Source: Candidatus Saccharimonadota bacterium
GTDB lineage: Bacteria > Patescibacteriota > Patescibacteriia > 2-12-FULL-60-25
NCBI GenBank assembly: GCA_963718585.1
Contig: OY970357.1
Coordinates: 450,001 to 482,000 of the forward strand
DNA: 32,000 nucleotides
Direction: 5' to 3'
Under the pieces are notes generated by a model that was given only the letters and a program-made list of their open reading frames with translations, was not told where the DNA came from and ran no database searches. Made by a program: the position numbers and the translations under genes. The number at the start of each line of letters is the position of its first letter. The first letter of the stretch is position 1. This document shows, piece by piece, positions 26,243 through 32,000 of this stretch.

Positions 26243-26271
26243 AAAGTACTACTTACTGATAAACCTGTCAA
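26243..26271 (-). promoter_or_regulatory. Candidate sigma-70 promoter of the AbrB-exporter operon
   Basis: Minus strand TTGACA (26271-26266) - 17 nt - TACTTT (26248-26243). A direct repeat tcagtaa x2 flanks the -10. Confidence 0.35.
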
Positions 26272-26273
26272 TA

Positions 26274-26945
26274 TTAGAGAAAATGACCGGTCCAGTGTGC
26301 GATCCGGACCGTCAACATCGCCTCCGAGACCTGCTTCCACATATGGATATACTCCCCTAACCCCCTCCAAAAACCGACCTTTTGCATCTTATGACGGATC
26401 TTGAGACCGGGGAGTTCCACGGTCCCATATTTCAAATGATGCGAACGACAGTAGTAATTCAGGGCAGACTCGACCATGAATCCTCTCATATACGCATCGG
26501 GGATATCCTCGAACACGTGGCGATCCATGGCCCGTTCACCGCCGATCAACGGGAGATGCGCGGATACCTTCATAAGGAAACGACCGCGATCCCTGATGCC
26601 GACACACATGGAGAGTTCGCCATCCAGAATGGGTTTGAGGATCCGGACGAGGTGATCCTTGGTCAATCCTTTGAGATCCGCATCCAAAAAGAACAAGATC
26701 GGTGCATCCGTATGTGCGACTCCGTGCATCATCGCCTCGCCCTTCCCGTGTTTCCATGGAAATTGGTGGACCAGTGATGCACCCGCCGCCCGCGCGCGTT
26801 CAGCCGTCCGATCCGTGGACCCATCGCTGATCACGATGACATCCCGGAACAATCCGCTTTTGACGAGTGTTTCGACGATGGGTCCGATCGTTGACTCTTC
26901 ATTGAACGCTGGGACGATCGCCGCGATCGGAGAATCCTTTTTCAT
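26274..26945 (-). CDS. Glycosyltransferase family 2
   Basis: IAAIVPAFNEE, ISDGSTDRT, FLDADL (DxD). ATG 26945 (MKKDSP...) is preferred; the alternative ATG 26972 would overlap the upstream gene by 23 nt. Confidence 0.85.
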   Translation of the reverse strand: MKKDSPIAAIVPAFNEESTIGPIVETLVKSGLFRDVIVISDGSTDRTAERARAAGASLVHQFPWKHGKGEAMMHGVAHTDAPILFFLDADLKGLTKDHLVRILKPILDGELSMCVGIRDRGRFLMKVSAHLPLIGGERAMDRHVFEDIPDAYMRGFMVESALNYYCRSHHLKYGTVELPGLKIRHKMQKVGFWRGLGEYIHMWKQVSEAMLTVRIAHWTGHFL

Positions 26946-26949
26946 TGCG

Positions 26950-27519
26950 TTACGACCGTCTTGAGAGTTCATATCGAATGTCTTCGATCTTCCGAAGATG
27001 CTGGCGCGCCTGATCGCCCTTCGCCCGTAGCGGACCCGTCAGATCAAGCGAGGTGAGGAACGAGACGATCTCATCTGCTTTTTTCACGATCCCATTCACC
27101 GCATCGACCCGACCATCCGTCGCCTCCCGGACCGATCGACGGACCAGTTCTCCGACAAAATCAGATAATGCGCCGATCGCCGTGTCCGGCGCCATCTTCA
27201 TCACGCGTCGGAATGCCTTTTGGTCCTTCGTGACGAACGCATGGACCAAAAGAGCTTCTGCAAACTCCTCGCATCCCGCGTGCCACGCGCCGACTTCCTG
27301 AAGATCCGCGTTGCGTTCGATCAGTCTCCATCCCTTGGCATAGATCGTTTCCGCGCTCCGGAGCTCTGTGACGGCAGAAGCACCCCGCTGCATGGCGAAG
27401 ATCGATATCTTCGAAAGTCGTGTCAGTTCACCACCCAACGCCTGCAGTTCCCTCCGCGCGCCTTTCATCGTGTTGTATCTGCGTGATAGTGCCGTGAAGA
27501 TCGGTGATGATCGTTTCAT
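26950..27519 (-). CDS. Translin-family-like protein
   Basis: 189 aa, all-helical. The C-terminal part SDFVGELVRRSV...LDLTGPLRAKGDQARQHLRKIEDIRYEL parallels the translin blocks DYLxGxxxLxxELxR ... LNLKNDxLRKRYDxLKYDxKKxEEVVYDL. ATGA overlap with the upstream GT gene. Confidence 0.5.
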   Translation of the reverse strand: MKRSSPIFTALSRRYNTMKGARRELQALGGELTRLSKISIFAMQRGASAVTELRSAETIYAKGWRLIERNADLQEVGAWHAGCEEFAEALLVHAFVTKDQKAFRRVMKMAPDTAIGALSDFVGELVRRSVREATDGRVDAVNGIVKKADEIVSFLTSLDLTGPLRAKGDQARQHLRKIEDIRYELSRRS

Positions 27520-28634
27520 ACGAGTGATGTGTATACAGCTTCGACCCGCTCAAGGACCGAGTCCCATGAATAGAGGCGGGCGACGACGCCTCGTGCGCGC
27601 GTCCCGCGATCTTTGACCATCTCCGGGTCCGCAAGCGCCCAACGGATGGCATCCGCCAATGCGCGTACGTTCCCGACCGGATATGAGACGCCCGAATGGT
27701 CGACGAGTTGCAGATTTTCCGGAATATCGCTCATGATCACCAACTTCGCATGCGACATGGCTTCCAACACTGCGACGGACAGTCCTTCGCTCCGGGAGGG
27801 ATGTAACATTGCATAGGCGTTCGCGACCAATTGCTCGAGTTCTTTTCCCGTTCGACGGCCGGCCATGACCACGCGTGGATCCTTTGCGGCGAGCTTCTTC
27901 AGCTTATTCTCGTATGCGATGTCGTCATACGTCGCCGTCCCGATGATCACGAGCTTTTTATCCGTCTCGACCATGCCGAACGCCTGGATCCCATCCTCGA
28001 TCGCCTTATGCGGCACCAAACGACTAAGCGTGAAGAAATAGGAATCCGGCTTGAGACCAAGATGATGGAGTTCGCTTGTCCCTGGATGCAAGAGCGGTAT
28101 CTCGACCCCGTTGGGGATGTACCAAACATCTCGATGAAACTTCTTCTTACACAACGTCTTGATGACGTGTGAGGTCGCAATGGTCGCGTGCGGAAAATGG
28201 ACAGCCGTCCACTCGCCATAGGCGAGATAGGTGCGCGCAAACCATCGCCACTTCTCATGGAAGCGATCCCGGCTATGAAATGTCACGACGACCTTGGCAC
28301 GCCATTTGAAGACCCGCGGGATCCACGCCAATGTCGAGGGACCGACACCGTGATAATGGATGATATCGACCGGTTGGAACAGGACATGAAGGGATGAGAG
28401 AAAGGTATGGATCCATGCATCCAAATGTTTCCGACGGATCGTTGGAAGGGTGATCAGACGGATCCCATTCCACTGTTTCGCACCCTGCGGATTCGCATAC
28501 GGCCGGACATAGACCGTCACATCGTGACCTCGTGCGACAAGGCGTTTGGAGAGCTCTTCGACATGCGCCTCAATCCCGCCCCCCTGAGCCAGGGTGGCTG
28601 GAATCCCCTTTGCGCCGATCATGGCAATACGCAT
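27516..28634 (-). CDS. Glycosyltransferase, GT4 / group 1 family
   Basis: N-terminus MRIAMIGAKGIP...GGIEAHVEELSKRLVARGHDV. C-terminal PSRSEGLSVAVLEAMSHAKLVIMSD (E-x7-E-type motif). Confidence 0.85.
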   Translation of the reverse strand: MRIAMIGAKGIPATLAQGGGIEAHVEELSKRLVARGHDVTVYVRPYANPQGAKQWNGIRLITLPTIRRKHLDAWIHTFLSSLHVLFQPVDIIHYHGVGPSTLAWIPRVFKWRAKVVVTFHSRDRFHEKWRWFARTYLAYGEWTAVHFPHATIATSHVIKTLCKKKFHRDVWYIPNGVEIPLLHPGTSELHHLGLKPDSYFFTLSRLVPHKAIEDGIQAFGMVETDKKLVIIGTATYDDIAYENKLKKLAAKDPRVVMAGRRTGKELEQLVANAYAMLHPSRSEGLSVAVLEAMSHAKLVIMSDIPENLQLVDHSGVSYPVGNVRALADAIRWALADPEMVKDRGTRARGVVARLYSWDSVLERVEAVYTSLV

Positions 28635-28781
28635 CTTGATTCCTTTGACGAATTCAGCTACTATCTTAGCGCATTTTTCGTGTTTTCGACAGCGAAGAAA
28701 CTGCCTATAACTTCACCTCCGGGTCGATACAGTCACGTCATCATTCGGAGATGGAGCTAGGCCCTCGTTTCTCTCACTCTT

Positions 28782-28857
28782 CGCGCCTGTAGCTCAGTGG
28801 TAGAGCAGTGGCCTTTTAAGCCAATGGTCGTGGGTTCGATCCCCACCGGGCGCACCA
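28782..28857 (+). tRNA. tRNA-Lys (anticodon TTT), CCA encoded
   Basis: Acceptor gcgcctg 28782-88 / cgggcgc 28847-53; D arm gctc-agtggtta-gagc; anticodon loop ctTTTaa (anticodon 28815-17). Variable loop tggtc; T arm gtggg-ttcgatc-cccac 28830-46; a28854; cca 28855-57. Confidence 0.9.
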
Positions 28858-28860
28858 AAT

Positions 28861-28890
28861 AAAGATCCCTGCCAAAATGCAGGGATCTTT
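28861..28890. terminator. Hairpin terminator after tRNA-Lys
   Basis: aaagatccctg - ccaaaatg - cagggatcttt: 11-bp stem with A/T arms. Confidence 0.55.
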
Positions 28891-28892
28891 AT

Positions 28893-29003
28893 GTAGAGGC
28901 TATGGGATCGAACCAAGGGAAGGGTGAAACCGTCAGGTTTCACTGTTTGAGGAGGGTCTACGGGAACCCGAAGGTTCCCGTAAGAGGCCGAAGGTCGAGC
29001 GAA
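28893..29003. other. tRNA-linked conserved two-hairpin module, copy 2 (function and strand unknown)
   Basis: Aligns with 134-239. H1 28924-28943 (gtgaaacc-gtca-ggtttcac); H2 28960-28981 (acgggaacc-cgaa-ggttcccgt). The 36-nt block tgaggagggtct-N-cgggaacccgaaggttcccg-N-aa differs from copy 1 only at the two N positions, which pair with each other. Confidence 0.6.
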
Positions 29004-29094
29004 ATCCCCACCGGGCGCACCAAATAAAGTCCCTGCCAAAATGCAGGGATCTTTATGTAGAGGCTATGGGATCGAACCAAGGGAAGGGTGAAAC
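29004..29094 (+). repeat. Direct repeat of tRNA-Lys tail (T-loop to CCA), terminator and first ~38 nt of the module
   Basis: 29004-29094 equals 28839-28930 except for loss of one a (28865). Weaker similarity to module hairpin H1 continues to about 29103, into the murG stop codon. Confidence 0.9.
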
Positions 29095-29103
29095 GGTAGG
29101 ACT

Positions 29104-30165
29104 TCATTCGATGATACCCATCCATCGTTCTGCGAGCGCTGAGCCGTTGTCCGTTGGAAAAAGATCGTGCAGGCTCTGGCCAAGTTTCTCCTGTCGCTCA
29201 CGATCATCCAAAAGTCCAATGACCTGATCGCGAAGGTTCGCTTCAAACGACGAAGACGTTTGATCCAACATCACGACCCCCTCTTTCACGCGTTCCGCAT
29301 TCGCTTCCTGATGTGATCCCGGGATCGGAATGACGACAGCCGCCTTTGAGAGGGCTGCGAGTTCTGACACCGTGCCGATCCCCGCACGGGAGATGACGAC
29401 CTCGGCCACCGCATAGGCATCACGCATCTGCCGTTCATCAAAGTCCTCATGCGTCATATATCCTGATGCCGGCTCATTCACGGCCTTTCCTTTTCCGGTC
29501 AGATGGATGATCTGAGCATACTGCAAGAGATCCCCCTTGATCCGCTCCAATGCGTGGTTCAACGCGAGGGCACCGGTCCCGCCACCGAACACAAAGACCG
29601 TTTTCCGCTCCGGATCTAGATCCAACCGTTTTGCCGCATCGCGTCGATCCGTCACGTGATCATCATTGAAACGGCACGGTGTCGCGATCCGCGACGCGGA
29701 AACGCCTTCAAACGGGGAACGATCGTACGCGAATGAGGACGTGACACACGCGCAGCCTCGGGCGACGCGACGGTTGGAAAGACCCGGTTCCGCATCTAAC
29801 TGATGGATCGCGGTCTTGATCCCGTGGCGCTGAGCCTCTTTCATGACCGGAACCTCGGTGAATCCGCCGGCTCCCACGACCAGATCAGGTCGTTCGTGCG
29901 AAAGGATCTCTCCTGCCATGCGACGCGCATGCTTGTAATCACGCAGGAGTGTCAACCATTTCAACGTCGGATATCTCGGAAATTTCACGACCGGGATCGA
30001 GTGATACGGAATATGTTCTGACTCGATCACCGGGGCCTCGGGGCCGGAGGGCGTCCCGACCCAAGAGATGGCGACATCCGATCTTTGTCCGCGCATCCGG
30101 CGTACGACCGCCAACAACGGTGTCACCGGTCCGAGCGTTCCTCCTCCGCAAAACAAGATCCGCAT
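29104..30165 (-). CDS. murG: Undecaprenyldiphospho-muramoylpentapeptide beta-N-acetylglucosaminyltransferase
   Basis: MRILFCGGGTLGPVTPLLAV N-terminal G-loop; C-terminal VISRAGIGTVSELAALSKAAVVIP. Position after ftsW. Start at ATG 30165. Confidence 0.88.
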   Translation of the reverse strand: MRILFCGGGTLGPVTPLLAVVRRMRGQRSDVAISWVGTPSGPEAPVIESEHIPYHSIPVVKFPRYPTLKWLTLLRDYKHARRMAGEILSHERPDLVVGAGGFTEVPVMKEAQRHGIKTAIHQLDAEPGLSNRRVARGCACVTSSFAYDRSPFEGVSASRIATPCRFNDDHVTDRRDAAKRLDLDPERKTVFVFGGGTGALALNHALERIKGDLLQYAQIIHLTGKGKAVNEPASGYMTHEDFDERQMRDAYAVAEVVISRAGIGTVSELAALSKAAVVIPIPGSHQEANAERVKEGVVMLDQTSSSFEANLRDQVIGLLDDRERQEKLGQSLHDLFPTDNGSALAERWMGIIE

Positions 30166-30166
30166 A

Positions 30167-31267
30167 TCAGCGAGATTGTCGTGAGATCGATGCAACGATC
30201 CCCATACCGATCGCCAAGGCGATCAATGCCGAGCTCCCATAGCTGACGAATGGCAAGGTCACTCCCGTGATCGGGAGCAGGCCGATCATGGATCCAACAT
30301 TGAACACCGTCTGAATGGCGACCCACGCCCCGATCCCGACGCCGAGGAAGCGCCCGAACGGATCCGGCGCCTCTCGCGCGATCCGAAGGATCCGAAGGGT
30401 GAGATATGCCATGGCCACAAGGAACACGACCGTGATGAAGAACCCCATCTCTTCTGCGATCACCGCAAAGATCGAGTCACCGGCCACTTCAGGCAAATAC
30501 AGATACTTTTGTCGGGATTGTCCGTATCCGACACCGAAAAGACCACCGGATCCCACGGCAAGGAATGCCTGATTGATATGGTAGCCCACGCCCTGCGGGT
30601 CCAATTCCGGATGGAGAAAGGTCATGAAACGCTGAGCGCGGTAGGGCGTGATCTTGACGAGCAGCGCGAGCATGGCGACGCCGGCCGCGGCGAGTCCACC
30701 GAACCAGATCAGCGGTGCGCCGGCGATGAAGTAGGCCAAGAGGGCGGATCCGGCGATGACGGACATGGAACCCGTGTTCGGCTGCATGATGAGGAGGACC
30801 ATGACGATCCCAAGCGCTCCCAGGAATGGGATCAACCCCTCTTCAAGGGTGTGCGCATTCTTCCCATGCCGATTCGCCAACCATGCCGAGGCGTAGACGA
30901 GAAACGTGATCTTCACGAACTCGGATGGTTGAAATGCGATCGGACCAAAATGCACCCAACGTCCCGCGCCACCGAAGTGAAGACCGATCCCCGGGATATA
31001 CACCAGGATCAAAAGAACGATGCTCGCGATGAGCGCGGCGAATGCGAACGGCCGAAGGATCTTGTAATCGATGTATGAAAATGCGAAGAACAACGCGACG
31101 CCGGGAATGATCCCGTACAGCATCTGATGTCGGAAGAAGTACCAACTGTCACCGAATTGCTGAAGGCCGAGCGGACCACTCGCGGACAACAGCATGATCA
31201 GCCCGAAGACCGTGATCCCGGTCAGGGTCCACAGAAATGCACGATCGATAGGCTTGCGATGTCGCAT
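30167..31267 (-). CDS. ftsW: SEDS-family peptidoglycan polymerase FtsW/RodA
   Basis: About 10 TM helices; QPSEFVKI; GVGYGQSRQKYLYLPEVAGDSIFAVIAEEMG. Start at ATG 31267 (MRHRKPIDRAF), 2 nt after the mraY stop. The 488-aa ORF start lies inside mraY. Confidence 0.85.
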   Translation of the reverse strand: MRHRKPIDRAFLWTLTGITVFGLIMLLSASGPLGLQQFGDSWYFFRHQMLYGIIPGVALFFAFSYIDYKILRPFAFAALIASIVLLILVYIPGIGLHFGGAGRWVHFGPIAFQPSEFVKITFLVYASAWLANRHGKNAHTLEEGLIPFLGALGIVMVLLIMQPNTGSMSVIAGSALLAYFIAGAPLIWFGGLAAAGVAMLALLVKITPYRAQRFMTFLHPELDPQGVGYHINQAFLAVGSGGLFGVGYGQSRQKYLYLPEVAGDSIFAVIAEEMGFFITVVFLVAMAYLTLRILRIAREAPDPFGRFLGVGIGAWVAIQTVFNVGSMIGLLPITGVTLPFVSYGSSALIALAIGMGIVASISRQSR

Positions 31268-31269
31268 GG

Positions 31270-32000
31270 TCAAAAACGATCTTTCAGGGCAAGGACGACG
31301 CCAACGCCGGCGGACAGAAGAGAGATCAACCAAACACGGAACACGATCTGCGACTCGGTCCACCCGCTGGCTTCCAAATGATGATGGATCGGTGCGCTCT
31401 TGAACACCTTCCGTTTGAAGAGTTTTTTCGACGTGATCTGGATGAGGACCGACACGGATTCGATCACGAACGGCAAACCGATGATAGGTAGCAATAAGGG
31501 CTGGTTCGTGACCATGGCAACGACCCCAAGCGCCGTTCCGAGCGACATCGCTCCCGTATCTCCCATGAAAAAGCTCGCAGGTGTCACGTTGTACCACAAG
31601 AAGCCGAACAAGGCTCCGACGATCGCCGCACAAAAGACCGCGAGATCCGCCTTCCCCTGGGTAAATGCGATGACAGCGTATGCGGCGAATGATGCGACGA
31701 GTGGACCGCCGGCAAGACCATCAAGTCCATCCGTCTCGTTCACGGAAAACGATGTCGCAATGATGACAAAGACGAAAAAGAGGACGTACCACCCGTTGAT
31801 ATCAAAATTCCCGACAAAAGGGACGTGCAGGACATCCCATTGCAATTTCGAATAGAACCACCACGCACCACCGACGGCGATCAAGCAATAACCGATCAAC
31901 CGATGGCGCATCCGCAATCCGCCTCCAGCCGGACCGATCTTGCGCATGTTGAGATAGTCATCGACCAAACCGACCAATGCCGCCGCAACGAGTGCGCCAA
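31270..32000 (-). CDS. mraY: Phospho-N-acetylmuramoyl-pentapeptide-transferase (5' end outside window)
   Basis: GLVDDYLNMRK, DGLDGLAGG, FMGDTGAMSLG and PIHHHLE motifs. The reading frame stays open to the window edge. Confidence 0.88.
   Translation of the reverse strand, partial: GALVAAALVGLVDDYLNMRKIGPAGGGLRMRHRLIGYCLIAVGGAWWFYSKLQWDVLHVPFVGNFDINGWYVLFFVFVIIATSFSVNETDGLDGLAGGPLVASFAAYAVIAFTQGKADLAVFCAAIVGALFGFLWYNVTPASFFMGDTGAMSLGTALGVVAMVTNQPLLLPIIGLPFVIESVSVLIQITSKKLFKRKVFKSAPIHHHLEASGWTESQIVFRVWLISLLSAGVGVVLALKDRF

Noticed and set aside
31268-31633. Upstream ORF extensions: ftsW (488 aa), murG (30166-30195), ABC ATPase (24108-24152), hsp20 (19668-19826), dnaK TTG 19242
   Set aside because: The extensions overlap the preceding genes and lack family-typical sequence. 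Internal ATGs give canonical N-termini and tight or coupled gene junctions.
1-32000. Alternative genetic code (UGA recoded, as in some CPR lineages), CRISPR arrays, diversity-generating retroelement
   Set aside because: TGA clearly terminates well-supported genes (hsp20, murG, dnaX, GT4) at family-typical lengths. I saw no short regularly spaced repeats, no reverse transcriptase and no TR/VR-like repeat pair.

Overview
Compact bacterial window, coded almost entirely on the minus strand. The gene content looks Patescibacteria/CPR-like to me (short HrcA, DUF5667-type anti-sigma, DUF3467 inside the dnaK operon, split MacB-type exporter); this is inference only, no search was run. Left to right: tRNA-Gln; small lipoprotein; dnaX; a three-gene cluster around a membrane-anchored VirD4/TraD-like ATPase; cysS. 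Then an accessory stretch with a secreted phage-tail-fibre-like protein (S74 chaperone C-terminus), a multiply frameshifted Gly-rich beta-propeller lipoprotein gene and a Cys-rich lipoprotein, the last two in a clearly GC-richer block. Next come two tandem paralogous membrane proteins, an ECF sigma/anti-sigma pair, and a CIRCE-controlled hrcA-grpE-hsp20-dnaK-DUF3467-dnaJ operon. After that, an AbrB / HlyD-adaptor / ABC ATPase / 2x FtsX-permease exporter operon, then GT2, a translin-like gene, GT4, tRNA-Lys, and murG-ftsW-mraY (mraY runs off the window). The most unusual signal is at nucleotide level. Both tRNA genes are followed by the same architecture: terminator, a conserved ~105-nt two-hairpin module with compensatory base changes between the copies, then a near-perfect direct repeat of the tRNA tail from the T-loop through CCA and the terminator. 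No integrase, transposase, CRISPR array or reverse transcriptase is visible. All calls rest on reading the supplied ORF translations and hand-folding or aligning the DNA, so coordinates of small RNA and regulatory elements are approximate.
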